Counted from the stretch's first letter, positions 1 through 14,039 are shown. The stretch is 64,000 nucleotides of DNA from Lama guanicoe (GCA_013239625.1 MU054187.1:5467757-5531756); one strand, 5' to 3'. The notes: generated by a model not told the origin, from the sequence alone. Numbers and translations are program-made.

Positions 1-210
1 TGAGGCTGAAAGATCAGATCCCAAATGGAAAGGAAAGGAGACATTATAACCAATGCTACAGGAATCAAAAGGATTATCGAAGACTGCTATGAACAATTAC
101 ATACCACGAAATTGGGTAACAGAAATAGATACATTTATCTGGAAGAAATAGATAAATTCTTAGAAGCTCAACAACCTACCAAGACTGAATCATGAAGAAG
201 TAGAAAATCT
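1..210 (+). mobile_element. L1 LINE ORF2 fragment (between endonuclease and RT), cut by the window edge
   Basis: Contains L1 ORF2 motifs ctatgaacaatta, gaaatagataaattcttaga and aacctaccaagactgaatcatgaagaagtagaaaatct. Confidence 0.85.
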
Positions 211-1224
211 GGCTACTGCATTTCTCCTGGTCCTTACAATGGTAGTAGAGGGTCCTCTGCTTTCTAGCTTTGAGTGACATTATACATGTGCGTTCAGTTG
301 CCTTAACCTCAGTGGGTTCCTGGTATTAGGAAAAGGCTGTGATTCAATTAGTGTGAAAACTGATTATGGAGTAACCTAGAAACATTTTTTTGAAAATCGA
401 AGAACTGAGTTAACTTATGTTGTGAAAGTATATGAAAAAAAAAAGTGACCTCTGGCAGAAAATGTAATTTCATCAAATGTTAGTTACCCCTTCAAAATTT
501 ACATAAAGCAACAGACACCCAGTATGACCTCTGAGCCAGCTTTTGTTTTGAGGTTTGTAAGAAGCATTTTTATTTTCACAATGTGAATTTTGAATAGCTA
601 GAACAGTTTATAGACAAGTGTTTTAGGTGAGAAAAGGCTTTTGACACAGACGAAATCTGCCTCTATGAGAAGAAAATGCTTCCACAGTCATGCATCTCTA
701 AGGAGAATTGAGAGGGATGGACCAAGTCTTCTGATTTCTAACAAAGTATGAAGCTGGCCAATTAAGTCAGGCTTATACTCCAGTCCTACAAATTCCAGGT
801 CAATAAAGAGTAGCTTAGCTGAAAAATTTTAGTCATGGTACTAGTTTCTGTACCAGTTTCACGAGGATTTTGTGTTAGAGTGTCATTTGAAGACTTGCAA
901 ATGTCTCTGGTCATCTTCCTTACAAATGTCAGAGGTCTGCTCTAACTGGAGACAACAGGGAGGTGCCTCTCAAAAACCTGGAAACGAGGGAACCAGGCTG
1001 CTTTCTGAGAGGGAGATGGCTCCTCGCCTGATAGCCTGTCACAGGCATGAGCAGTCAACCCCAGCATCTAAGGTCTGATGACAAGGAGGGAAGAAGGTCT
1101 TCAATGAAAACACAGAGAATCAAGAATCGATGAGCAAATATGGACAACGCCTCGACAACGCCTCCTGGGAGAGTAGCAGGCCAACGTGGGTGTTTTCACT
1201 ATTGTAAAAACAGACACATTCGAC

Positions 1225-1405
1225 CACTGGTTTTCAAAATTCAGCATTCATCAGAATCATATGGAAGGGTTGCCGGACCCCAGCACTAAAGTTCCTGATG
1301 CAGCAGGTCTGGAGTGAGGAGTGAGGCTGGAGAATTTATGTTTTCAACCATTTCCCAGGTGACATTGATGCTCTTGGTCCTGGAACCACACTTGAAAAAC
1401 CATTG
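1225..1405 (+). mobile_element. MER5A-like hAT-Charlie MITE
   Basis: Terminal inverted repeats cactggttttcaaa and ttgaaaaaccattg; internal catcagaatca, aggtctgg and ttcccaggtga; about 180 bp. Confidence 0.85.
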
Positions 1406-1627
1406 CATGAAACTAGCAGAAACAGCTGCCAGTAAACACTTCAACCAAATGAACATCTCTCAACTTGTTTATTCCTTGTTCTCCGTGAAACCGAAGCATA
1501 TACCTTGCCTAGATAGAAAAAAAAAATCTGCTAAACAGGTCAGTGTAAGTCTTCTCTCAGCATTTAAGTTTAGCACTGTAAATTGATCGTTTGTTTTTCT
1601 GGATTTATACACTAGTCTTCTATGAGC

Positions 1628-2310
1628 CAAGGCCAATCTAAATTTTATTTGGTCTTGATTTACACAGTTTGTTGGGGAAGATTCTTTAAGGAAAGGAATA
1701 TAAAATTTTGAATGAAATCTTTAGTAGGAAGGTGAGTATTTATCTAGAAAATAAATCATACAAATTATAAATTGGAAAAAGCTTACAAGTACCACAAGCA
1801 TCACCACATCCAGGAAATGAAGCATCTAGCTTCTGCCTCTGTACACTTGGAAACTTGCTCTTCTCCGCTAATTACACACCCGTGCTGGGCGCCACAGCAC
1901 ACATTCACATGGGGCTACCACCTCTGGTCCTGCACGTTCATGAAGAAGCCATGTGAGTCCATGCAGGTGGAGATCAGAGAATCACTAGAAGATAGTTCTA
2001 CTTAGATGGCTAAGAAGAACACCACAGAAGTGATGGCAAGTCACTAAATACAATCCACTCTCTCCAAATTAATTATATCCCAGCTCAGCTTTCCCTTAGC
2101 AGGACCCCCCAAGTACCTGGACTGGGGAGCTTAAATGGAAGAGAGAATAGTCTTAACTAACTGCAAGTGAAATAGTTTATTTTTGTTGATTTTACAAAAA
2201 CAGGTCTCATGTGAACCCATTACTAGACCCCTTCCCGTAGGCTTAAAAGGATTCATGCTACTGAGGGATCTTGAGGCTTGAACTTGTTCATACTGACAGT
2301 TAATCTACAG
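1628..2310 (+). mobile_element. hAT-Tip100 non-autonomous element (MER115/Zaphod-like)
   Basis: Left end tttgttggggaagattctttaaggaaaggaatataaaatt and right end gacccctt...ttgaggcttgaactt...taatctac resemble the MER115/Zaphod ends as recalled; about 680 bp. Confidence 0.55.
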
Positions 2311-2679
2311 GGGCAAAGAAAAAGAATGTCAGAATCTGATAGGATTTAGAACCCCAAGGATTTCTGATGGGTGAGCCAATAACACTAAGGGTTAGCAATG
2401 AATCAGCCTAGATTCAACAAGATAGAGGCCATGTCTGTAGCCCCAGTAGCCCACGTGGCGTCACCAAGTCCCACAAGCCTAGATCTGTAGAAATTCCACC
2501 AGCCTTTGACATTAGCACCTGGGACACGTTCCACGTTCCCCCTTGCCTTTCACACCTGTCTGTTTTCTCCTTGGGAGGTGTACAAGGAAGTGAAAGGAAG
2601 GAGCATGAAGTTACCATGAAAGTGAAAGGTAGCTTTTGAAAGTGGTCGCCACGGCAACAAGAAGGTCAGAAGGCAGGCA

Positions 2680-2908
2680 AGCGGTGGAGAGGACCGCCTG
2701 GCTCTAGATCTCTGCTCTTCACCAGCTGTGAGACGGCGGCCTTGCCACCAATCCCTCTCTAGCTGAACTTACTCAATCATAAAATAGAAACGATAATGGT
2801 CCCTCTCTTGTGTGGATGTCGTAGGACTAAGTGAGTTAATGTATGGGAGGCATGCAGAAGAGGGCCTGGCACACAGGGACCACTCAGTAAAAGTTAGCTG
2901 TTATTATT
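2680..2908 (+). mobile_element. MIR SINE
   Basis: Core aaaatagaaacgataatggt, then aggactaagtgagttaatgtatg and 3' end cctggcacacag...ctcagtaaaagttagctgttattatt. Confidence 0.8.
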
Positions 2909-5894
2909 TGGAAAGTAACAGGCATTTTACAATGTGATTTCCAAAGCCAGAGCAGAGAGTTTTTTGGACTTATTTCCACTCTCCTCTTTTAATACTAAAA
3001 TTAGCATCCTTCCACGTCCAGTTCCTGGGTAACTGCTGCTGCTATTCTAAGCCATCTGCGATCTTCTCCAGCACCAAGTTTGGTGTTCCAATCCATGGCT
3101 AGATCCTGTCACAACTCCTAGTGATCTGTTATCTGTTTATTTGCAGAATTGGTCACAATTTGGTCTTTTTTGTATAAATTGTCTACATTAGCTCTTAAAA
3201 CTCTGCAGTCGCCTACTGGGGCGCCAGCATTTGGATGGGTGTTATAACACTACATTTTCTCTTCATTACAAGTCCTAAAAATAGGGTGCAACTGACTAAC
3301 GTTTTCAGCCTTCACAGCAAGATTTGGTTTGTCAGGAAATGGTGTGGGAGTAGTTCTCATATGCACTGAAGGTGCAAAGTGCAAAACAAAAATAACTCAA
3401 CAAGAGTTTAACAGCCTTTCTTTATGTACGTTATTTACAAAGGCCACAATCTGGAGTTCCAGGCAGAGCCTTAGGGAGCTCGGGAGACCCTTCTGGAACA
3501 GGAAAAATGCCAATAGAGATTACACAAAAGGGAACGTGGGATGAAGAGAGACAAGGTTTAATCTGTTATCTCTGCCCTTTTCATCAATATTCATGTCTGC
3601 TCAAGCATTAATAGGACTTTGAGTTTAGTCAAACTTGGAAGAACTCTTCAATAACATAGTGCATAAAAACATATGGAGAAACTGTCAAACCAGCGCTGCT
3701 TTCATTTTTATACGTAAAATTTCCCCCATCCACTCAGTGGGTGACTACTTTGCTTTCAACTGTCTTATATTCTTGTGTGAAACAAGACGTGTTGCATTAG
3801 TGAATCTTAATTGCATTTTCACTTTCTGGGGTTTTAGAATGCTTAGTAGCAAATATTTTGCAAACATTGAGATGCTTCAGAATTAATTCCTACCCTTCAA
3901 GAGAAATTCTAAATGTTGTCACAGAGTAGGAGAAAAAGAGTCACAGTCATTAATACCACTCCAACAAAGAAAAAAAACGCTATGAGGCTTGGTGCATTCT
4001 TTATTCCAGCCCTAAGAACCATCATATTCTTGTTTAGGCTAAAACTTCTAAGATGCACATAATGAAGTGATTTTTGATGCCTCTTTTTGATTTTCAAATC
4101 AAAAAATCAAAAGAAAAATGTAGCAAAATGACTGGCTTGCAGTTAGTCTCCCCATTACCAACTTAGGAAAAAATCTTGTACATCTCAGTGCATTGGGGAT
4201 GAATCTTTATTTTCATGCCAGTGAAATATTGTCCCAAACACCTAGTTCAGGCAGAAGAAGATTTAAAATAGCTTTGCTTTATCACAGTTTGCAATGTACT
4301 TTTGGAGTTAATTGACTCACACCGATGAAATAACCAAAGACATTTCCCCCTTTGCATTTTTCTTTTTTTTTGAGTTACTTTCTCATCAAAAGTTCTTTGG
4401 TTTTACAGTATGGAAAACTTTGTCTCTGTACTTAAAAATCAGAGCGAGAAACACACACACGACTGTATAGGAGGAGCAAAGGAGATGATGGATTAAAGCA
4501 GATGTAGAGTGTTTGCAGTTATATAAGACTCTCAGGGACCCTGCTTGTTCTGGTTTTTGTAATTTGTCCACGTCCTACTTTCTATAACTCAATCCATTGT
4601 GAGCCAAACATGAAATAAGCGAATACAGTATTCCATATTTCACCTTGTCAGCAAAATTTTTTTAAAAAGTGTAGAACAAAGACAATAGTCATCATGGTTC
4701 TTGAATAGAGAACGAAGCGTTTTTGAAATCGCAGGGACCTGTAAGAAACAGAAGGTTAAGGCGATTTTTTTTTTTTTTTACAATGAGCAGATGTGTTTGT
4801 TCCTGTTGATGGACAGGCTTATCCATTTACTTCAATTAATAACAAGAGTGAGCACATCAGTACATACACTTGTCCTGATGCCTTGATTTTTTTCCAATTT
4901 GACAGGTAATAGTGGGGCTGGGAAAATGTCACAACAATTTAGTCCCGCCTCACCGGCCGTAACCAGTTGGATGACAATGGGAGTCCATCTTGCTAAGATC
5001 CCTTATGAGTCCTAATAATGCTACATTCGTTGACTCTTACAGAGGGTTTAAAATCTGTGACAATTAATGGTTGAAAAATCAAATCATTTCATGGGTTATT
5101 CATTGGGGCACTAAGTAAAATCAAGTTAAAATATTTATGAACAGTATGAAAATGTGGAAACTTTCTTTAGGAACCTGTCTTTTCATATTGAGTCATAAAT
5201 GAAACCAACAATGTTTGACAAAAAAAGAAAGCCATTTTATCATGCAGCCGAACTACTAACCTTTTCTCGTGTTCTGAAAGATCTTTCTACGTCTAACACA
5301 GTTTGGCAGAGAAATTCTAGTGATTTTTTTAAAAGCCCATGATCTCACAAATGTTAGCATTTGAGAGCAAATTATGCCTCCAGCAAACTTGACAATGGAT
5401 ATCAAACTCTAATAATATCAATCATTGGATTCAGTGCTTACTGGCCCAGTAAATAAATGCTTTCCTTTTAACACTGAAGCTTGAATGATTAATACCTGTG
5501 CAGGAGAGGAGGGGAAAGTTGGCAATTTATTTTTTAGAGAGAAAAATAAAAGCTCATTTGTACCCTTCCAGGGGCAGTGGGGTTAGTGCCGATAAGAGAC
5601 TCAACACTCTGTAGAGGTGCGACGTGTCTCAGAGAAAGATCGAAGTGGACAAACCCCAGTTTCTGCAGGGCAAGAACAGCATTGTGTTCATCTTTGCACC
5701 TCCACAGTGTCTAACATAAGCCTTTTCACACATAAGGAGCTCCACAAATGTTTTCTAGCCAGCAACATTTTCCTAGACCACTCCCTGGAGCAGCATAAAC
5801 CAAGTGTTTTAAGAACAGATGTAGAAAACTTAAAATTGGTCGGCATCGTGGAACACAACCTAAGGAATCTCTCCCCCAAACTTATCTTCTCTCC

Positions 5895-6180
5895 ACTTCA
5901 TTTTGGACATTGTCTCCTTCGTGAGGCACTTCCTGACACCGTGAGCATCTCCAAAATGAATCCCACACTCTCTCCTCTTTTTGACTAGACTGTCTGTAGA
6001 TGACTTTAACAGAGCACTTGTTCCTTTATATTTTAACAAATTTTTGTTCATCTCTGCCATCACATTTGAGATGTGCAGATAACTGTTTTTTTTTTTTAAT
6101 TTATTACTGAATAACCACTTGATTCTAGAAACTAGCATATCTCTATTCAGGAGTAAACACTCAATAAACATTGGAATTGC
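5895..6180 (+). mobile_element. L2 LINE 3' end
   Basis: tctccttcgtgaggcacttcctgac through the terminal cactcaataaacattggaat. Confidence 0.55.
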
Positions 6181-6258
6181 TGATCCCTTGCGCAATTCTG
6201 TCACATGAGGGCTACCCTCTGTTTACAAGGAGACGGGATAAAATGGAGAAAAAGCCAA

Positions 6259-6681
6259 GATTAAGGGTTGAATTGTGTTCCTCTCGCCCCACACTCATAT
6301 GTCGATGTCCTAACCAGGAGTATCTCAGATTGTGGCCTTATTTGGAGATAGGGTCTTTACAGAGGTAACCAAGGTAAAATAAAGTCATTAGGGTGGGCCC
6401 TTGTCTGATATGATTGTACGTGTCTTTGTCAGAAGGGAAAAATTGGACTCAGACAAGTACAGAGGGAAGATAAAGTGAAGCCCCAGAGGGAATACGGCCA
6501 TGTCTGAGCCACAGAAAGACGCCTGGGGCAGACATTCTCACCCCAGCCCTCAGCAGAGACCCGCATTTCAACACCTTGATCTGAGACCTCTAGCCCCCGG
6601 AGCTAGGATACAATAAACGTCTGTTGTTTAAACCACCCAGTTTGTGGTGCTTTGTTGCAGTGGTCCTTGCAAACTAACACA
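6259..6681 (+). mobile_element. MLT1B-like MaLR solo LTR
   Basis: ggttgaattgtgt...ttatttggagatagggtctttacagaggtaa...cattagggtgggccc...aataaacgtctgttgtttaaaccacccagt...aaactaacaca. Confidence 0.9.
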
Positions 6682-7432
6682 CTTTTCCAATTTTCTCTGC
6701 CCATTAAAAAGGAAAGCTAGACGGAAGGCAGTTTGTAATGGCATTGTGGTATCGTTGGGGAAGGTTGGTAATATAAAGACGCATCCGTGACCTCCACAGA
6801 GCAGCACAGAAAGGCTTGCATTCTCTTCTTCTATGGAAAAAACATCATCTTCACGCTCTTCCTATCTTGCACTAACTCCGTGTTCAAATGCTTTGTGTAA
6901 TATGAAAATGGATCTTCAAATAGGATGGGAAATTACATTTGCTCTAATCAATCAGCCTGCTCTGAAAAACAGATTATTAAAAATGCCTTCATTTGATTAC
7001 CTGGCTGAAAATATAAATGGAAAATAACAATTCTAAACGCAGTGTAAGTATTGATAATGTGATGACTAGTGGAACTGTGTTCATTCGTAACATTAATAAA
7101 TTTTTAGGTTTTATTAATGCCTACAATAATACAGGTTTGTTCTATTAACCATAATTTACTTAGGTGTATCAACACGATGGCTATAGGTTACACTAAAGGG
7201 GCTGCTGTTTTCTGAAATGAGAGTAGAGACAAAGAAACAAAGCGAGGCATGTTTACTGAGACAGCAGAGAAAGTGGGGTGGGGAAAACCAAGTACACAAA
7301 AAAGCTTATTTTAAAATTATTCACTTAAACAGTTTGAAGTGGTGTATTTGAAAAGGCAAGGTTACTCTTTGATCAGTTATATAGCTTTATTTTTCAAGGT
7401 TTTAACTTGGTTCGAGACTCAGAGAGTTGAAA

Positions 7433-7455
7433 TTTGTTTGTTTGTTTGTTTGTTT
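7433..7455. repeat. (TTTG)n microsatellite
   Basis: Tandem tttg units read directly. Confidence 0.85.
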
Positions 7456-8559
7456 TCAGACAAAATCCTGCTCCCATTCTATGCGGGAAGAAAAAGAGTA
7501 AGAAAATATAGAAAGCTGTATTGCAGACACAATAGATTCTTGGCTTTAAAACAGCTCGAACAAACCTGCAGTAATCAACCAAAGGGTCACTAGCATCCAG
7601 ATCGCTCTGCACTAAACAAAAACTCCCTCAAGTGTAGGCCCTGAGCCACTTTACTAAATAAGAACTTAACAATGACAAGACGTGCTTTTCAGTCATTTCT
7701 TGCAGTCTCTTTGTGACTGCTAGATAAGCCATTACTGCAAAACATAAAATGGGAAAATTAGAGATCGTTAAGGCCTCTGTGAAGAGTTATAACAGCAAGA
7801 GATTCATTAGTAAAACAAATATACAGTATATATTTGATGAAAAAGGAAAATAATAAAACATTGTGTTATCTAGTTTTCTGCCTCCAAAAACACATTCTCA
7901 GTAATTCAGCAAAAAGTTACTGACCATTAAATTATTTTCCTGTGTGTTTGGTCCTATGTGTGTAAGTATACTACATAAACTCTTACTTTATTCTGAAATG
8001 GATCCAAATTCTTATTTTCATTTCCTAACATAAATACACTTTTCCTTAAATATAAGGATGACTTCAAACCACTTTTGTATATCTCAGAAGTCAATCTAAA
8101 TCCACATTGAATAAATAAATAATGAATGAATCTCATAATTTAATTCTAAATAAGGGATAAGAGAAAGCAAGAAAGTCATTTGAAGAGAGTGTATAGTCTG
8201 CTGTCAATAACAGTTTCCTTTGGGATCTTTGCAAATCTGCCTCAAGTGATTTTCTTGCCTAAGTCTCCATGTCTGCAAGGAGCATGATAATTTGACCCTA
8301 CAGTGACTATAGGTTAAACTAACGGCAGTTGTGGTGATTGAATAGACAGTGACTTAGGAAACTGTTTGACAAGATACCATCAGTGTTTATTTTCTCCTCT
8401 TCCTATCTCTCCACAACACCTCAGCATGGGATCAATCCAAACACTGCCACTCCTTCACTCCTGTATCTGGATTGATGGAGATGTACCGCATGACAATGTA
8501 GACAGGAGCCTCTGACTCTGGACTCCATCCTGCAAGGAAATCTTTTTAAAAGTTCTTTA

Positions 8560-8700
8560 TCAGCTACCTCTTCTCTTCTTCCATGGTTTTCCAAGCCTAT
8601 GCGTCTCTTCTCTAAACTTTTACTCTATTCCCCACTTTCAGAAGATGATCTTCCTTCTACATCCATGAGAAAAAGCAAGACCTTCAGGCAAAGAAATTTG
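8560..8700 (+). mobile_element. L2 internal fragment
   Basis: tttcagaagatgatcttccttctacatccatgagaaaaagcaagacc resembles L2 ORF2. Confidence 0.45.
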
Positions 8701-9612
8701 ACATTTAGTCATGTATTTAATTTCCCATTCATGAACATAATTTCTATAATTTGCAAGATAGGTAAGAAGTTAAAAAACAAAGAGAAATAGAAATTTAAAA
8801 ATTGAGAGATATGTTCTTGTAGCAAAAGACTGGCTTTATAGATTAAGCCTCAAAGTCCGTGAGAAGCTATGAAAACATGCTTAATGCTGGAGCCAAGGCC
8901 AGTTTGCCACGGCTCTGGATAGCTAAAGGACTGTCAATAGACAAGCAGTGTTGCTCATCCTTAGCTGCTGCTTCTCTTTTTCTGGCTTTCTCTAGAACTT
9001 CGCCTTGCACTTTATTGAGACTCCCACCGAGATTCATTCAATACCTGGTATGTTACTGGATTTGGGGTGTACAAGTGTCAACTGACTGCACGTCCCCTGT
9101 AGTTTGACTTGACCGCCAAGATTATAAAAGCTCTAAAGTATATTTAACTTCATTTTTATCATTATTAAAAATGACCTTTTAGACGTTTTGCTCTGTTAAA
9201 TCCAAACAGTTGAGACTCATTTTGAAGACGGTCTTTGGATTCAGCAAACAATAGCAAAGTGACTGTTGTAGGTGAAAACCACGGTTACTGCACACAGAAG
9301 TAGATCCACATTCCTTTTCTCCCCCAGTTCTCCCAGGTTATAGTTGTCAGATTTAACAGGAGCAAGAAGAGCTGGACATATATCTGTAACTAAACAGAGG
9401 AAGGGTGCAAGACCAATTATCAGTGAATCACTTGTGCTTTTTCAATGATGATAAAGCAAACACTCTTTCATTTGAAGACATCTGAAAATCAGATAAAGTC
9501 TCATTGTTTTGGAAGAGGTTAAATTATAAGGCAAAGGTATAGATTATTCAATTATGATCCCCCCACTTTAAGGTATATTCTGAGCCCCAAATTAAACTGT
9601 GTTAGGATATAT

Positions 9613-9634
9613 ACACACACACATACACACACAC
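9613..9634. repeat. (AC)n microsatellite, interrupted
   Basis: acacacacacatacacacacac read directly. Confidence 0.8.
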
Positions 9635-9820
9635 TGGGCATTAGATCTCATCCTTGGACTCCCCCCAAAAACTAGCTTGAAACAGACCAAAAAAAAAAAA
9701 AAAAAACCAGACAGAATTTTTGCACCTCATGAGGACATTCTCCAAAAGTCTTAGGTTTTTTAAATACTGCAGGCATATGTTAAGTTTCCAACTTTTAAGA
9801 TTAATCCATAGATCTTGGAG

Positions 9821-9910
9821 CAATGCTTTTCAGACTTCAGACTGTAACACATTAGGTAAATAAAATCATTTCAGAGGGTGCTAACTACCACTTTTATCAA
9901 TACATAAATT
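9821..9910 (+). mobile_element. Possible hAT-Charlie MITE end fragment
   Basis: caatgcttttcagactt...acacattaggtaaataaaatcatttcagagggt resembles Charlie-family termini. Confidence 0.35.
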
Positions 9911-9979
9911 AAAATGTTATTTCTTTTAAAATATCACAAAATAACCAAATCAATAGCTATGGTAATCAATAAAGTACAC

Positions 9980-10545
9980 ACAAATGAGAACTAATCATTG
10001 AAACAGAGATATTAAAATTTCACAGAAGTTTGCTTTAGACAATATTATGCAAATAAATTTTAGGACTGGAAGAAACAGGTAATTTTCCAGAAAAATAAAG
10101 TTTACTAAAATTGGCCTCAGTAAAACTGAACAGGTAAACAGACCAATGTTCATAGAATAAATAATGAAAATTATCAAATAAATATCTAACACCCTCCACC
10201 AAAAGAAATAAGGAAAAAAGGAAACTCAACTCAGGTCTTTTTATAGGAGAATAATCTTTCATAGAACAGATAAGCCTAACGTTATTTAAATAGTCCCAGA
10301 TCATGGGAGAAAGAAGGAAAGCTTTCAAATTCTTTATATGGCAAAAGTTGAACATTGATTTAAAAACTTGATAAATATAACATACAAGGGATAACCAGAC
10401 ACCAAATTTACTCATGAATATTGAAATAAAAACCCTATATAAAATATTAACAAAGAGAAGATTGAAAAATAGCCGTGTGGAATTTATTCCAGGAGTGCAA
10501 AGATGGTTTAATATTAGAAAATTGATAACAAAATCCCCATATTAT
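9980..10545 (+). mobile_element. Old L1 (L1ME-like) ORF2 fragment reaching the RT region
   Basis: aatattatgcaaataaattt, aagaaggaaagctttcaaattcttt, ctcatgaatattga and ggaatttattccaggagtgcaaagatggtttaatattagaaaa. Confidence 0.8.
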
Positions 10546-10554
10546 AGGGTTTAA

Positions 10555-11156
10555 TTTTTCTTAGAGAAATGGCTAATACCAGGGCTAGGGCAGAGAAAAT
10601 GCAAAGTGAGATAGAATGGAAAGTAGTCAGAGATTATCAGATGTCAAAAGGGTAGAGAAGATGGCTTATCAGAACTCTCACCAGTCAAATTTGGAACAAA
10701 TGCGAAACAAAATAATGATAGTGATGTGTTCGAATACAGTGAATAAAAATGAATCCATGAGATCACAGTGATATTCATAGGATGTGTATCTGAGTGATGA
10801 GAGAAAGAATAAATCTTTTCTATACTGAAGACGGTTGGATAATAAATACAGAAGGAAGATAGGATTAAAGAGCACCAGTTTGCAACATGCAGTATGAATA
10901 GTTTGGGAAAAGGTTATTGACAATCGCTAAAACCATAAGGTGAAAGTTTTTTTGGGAAGAAGCTAGTCAAACCATTGGAACATGACCTTCCCTAGAGTAT
11001 GTATTTGTTACAAATAGAAAAAGGTATCAATACAGTAGAAAGATCTGGCAGCCATCATCTTAAACAAGCGATCAAATGTAACCTTACCAGTAATGGGACA
11101 AACTAACATAGAGTTTGCAATGAGAAGTACACATCATTGCCCATGTAGTATTTTTT
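10555..11156 (+). mobile_element. L1MC4/L1MC5-like 3' UTR fragment
   Basis: agaaatggctaataccagggctagggcagagaaaat and tacagtagaaagatctggcagccatcatcttaaacaagcgatcaaatgtaaccttaccagtaatgggac. Confidence 0.75.
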
Positions 11157-11849
11157 ACACAGCATTTGGCTCCAAGTGTCCCAAGGTGGACAAAGAAGTC
11201 TAGGAAGGATGATGAAGTAAGGAACTGGCAAACAACCTTGCCACTTGGATTGTACCCAAATTCTCTCCAAAGGGAAGACAGTTCAAAAGGAGAAAGAGTG
11301 ATCTAAGAGTTGGAACTTGTGTGGATTGAGGATAACAGAAGAATTCCTCAAGGATATGACGCTTGAGCATTCTTGGTGAATAGGTCAGCGCTTGGCCACC
11401 CTAAGACATCACTTCATCCAGCATCTAAACTCCGACAGCACTTACATTTCCATATACAAGTCGCCTAGGCTACCATCTGCCACAGAGAAAAGGATGAAGA
11501 ACAATGTCTTGCCTCTAATGAGGGTCGCTATTTCTTATTGCCAATATTTTGTCTCTTTGTTAAAGGACTATCCTGCTTCCTTGCAGAATCACTCCAGGAT
11601 GAACTATGTAAATAAAAATACTGCTTCTCAGAAGTCATCTCAGAAAGAGAATTTGTTGTTAATGTGTTGGAAGCATTAGCCTACTTCCTGATGTGGGTAA
11701 ATTCATCTCTCCTGTTCCTTTTCTTTCCTTGCTGCAGAAATAGTTTAAAAAGAAAAATGTAGAGAACCCAAAATAGAAAGGAACTCAAATGTCTTTGCTA
11801 GAATCCTCTCCTGTGACTTTATGCTGACCTGGATGATAATGCCTGGTTG

Positions 11850-12050
11850 CTTTCTTCCCTGTGTGTCTGGAATATTCTATGCATAATCTTAATACAGCAT
11901 TTATTTTCATCACACTGTAATTATGTATTTACATGTTGGCCTTTGTTGCTGGTCTATATGCACCTTGAGGGCAGGAAGCAGGCTTTATTTATGGCTTGTG
12001 TCAGCACCCAGCATGACGGTAGCCTGACGCAGGCACTCAGTAACTGTCCA
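11850..12050 (+). mobile_element. L2 3' end
   Basis: ccttgagggcagg, cccagcatga and caggcactcagtaact. Confidence 0.65.
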
Positions 12051-14039
12051 CAGGCGAGATACCAACCTCCTTTCCCCTTTCTCTCCCCCCCTCCCCCGCT
12101 CCTGCCTCTCCTTTTTTTCTGCTTCAGGTCTACTTATGTCTTCACTGTCCTGTGAGGCCACCGCTAATAAAAATAGATCTATCTTTTGTATGATTCTTTT
12201 TAACTTTTCAAATTCCCATGACTCTATAGAAGAAATAGTTCATAATACGTCTGCTTTCTATCTGCCGCGTTATGTCACTTTAAAAAATTTACTACCACAC
12301 ACAAAGATCCTCAGTCCTCAATGACGGATGTTCCTTGTCAGGAGATACAATAAATCATGTCCGTCTGGTAACTTTGAGTAAGTTACACACCGTGCACTAC
12401 AAGTTCTGTTCAATGCTGAGTCACTGAAATTCGATTATTAATTTTAAAGAAACAGTAATAGTTCATGATTTCCGAATGTTCATCTAAACATTTAGATCTT
12501 TCTTTTGGTTGCTTTGGAAAGCTAATTCTGTATGCCCCAAAAGAATCAGATATACATAGCCCTTTAGATAAATCCTCTGATTCTCTTACAGTGGGGTGAA
12601 ATTGATAGAATTCTATATGTTAGGATGTACATACATGTAAAATTTATTCTTTTTTGGTCAAGACTATGATCAAAATGCATCAGTTGAATTGATATTTCTG
12701 TCCCATTTATTCTTGTACAGAATTATGCAGACTTGATTGTCTTTCTTTAGGAGAAGTTGGAAGATGCTAAATTTAAGTCAATTTTCTCGTGAATCTTTTT
12801 TAAGTTATTTTTATGTATCATTGATTTTTATTTTTCTTTTAGAGTGAAAACAGAGAGCATATAGATCCCCGGCAACCCTTACAAAGGATCTCTAAAACAT
12901 TTTGCTTTCTAAAACATTTATAGTCGCTTTAACAAAAAGGAACATTTGGAAGATTACAGTTCTTCTAAAATGCTCTCCTTTTTCTCTGCTGTATTTTAAA
13001 ATCTCCATCATTTTTATAGGTCAAAAGATTGGCATTCAGAAAATTTTAAGATGTTCAGAATAGCACAAAACATACAAAGTGAAGTCCATTTCCATGAAGC
13101 AAACGATTTTAATTGCTGAACTAGAGATTTTAATGACAATGTCTATAAAAATTTTATATGACTGAGATGTATTCCTGAAAGCATCACTCAATTGCTTGTG
13201 AAGATTCAAAGCACAATTCTTTCATATTTCTGCAAATGGGGCAACTTCTTTCTATACAGGACATAATCACTGATCCGGATTCATGCTAACTTAGTAACGA
13301 GATTAACCCTGTTAGACTTGTCCAGTTAAATATTTCTAACAGAACAAAGACGAACCTCAAATTATTATTGCAATATGCAGAAAATAATACATGCTAGATT
13401 GCCGTAGCCTCAGATCTACCATGTATTATGTTTAGGAAGTCTTTACAGAATGAAAAAAATATCTCTCACAAAAAAAATCAACAAAGATGATATATTACTT
13501 AACTTTTTCCATGTGTTTAAAAATTCTTTCTCTATGTGTTTAATCATGCTAGAGGAAAATTTCTATATTTATACATACTGGTCTGAAATTACATATCCCT
13601 TAGAACATACATAATAAACCATATTGATTTTGCCATATGTTGGTGAATGGCACAATTATTATTACTTAACCAGTTCACTCTAAAAATAAGGTGTCTGAAT
13701 TTTAAAACAAGAGACTTCCAATTGGTAAAAATACATTATTTAAAGCTTCCTTTAGTATCCTTGTCCACAGGGATTCTGCTATGTGTGACAAAAGGAGATT
13801 GAAAAGGCATTGACGACTCCCCTCCAGGAAACTAACAGTCTACATCCGGAGAGGTTGGTGTAAACAACCCTGAGAGGTAACACTGCGGAGATCCCCCCTT
13901 TCGTCATGATTGGGCAGCACCATCAGGTCCTGAAAATATCCCAGTCCCTTAAAATTTAATTTTGAGTTAAGACATTAAATCCAAAGGCCAATGTTAAAAT
14001 GATCACACCTCTGTGTGTACAAATAAAGGGAGAAAAGGC

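Noticed and set aside
3207..3226. CTCF-like gtcgcctactggggcgcca
   Set aside because: Too many mismatches at core positions on either strand.
8642..8761. Plus-strand pseudo-exon (actttcag ... TAG|gtaaga)
   Set aside because: Mostly L2-derived with no other support; such pairs are common by chance.
12820..12923. Strong plus-strand acceptor followed by a short open frame (SENREHIDPRQPLQRISKTFCFLKHL*)
   Set aside because: No recognisable protein, no matched donor and no linked upstream exon; indistinguishable from a chance acceptor.
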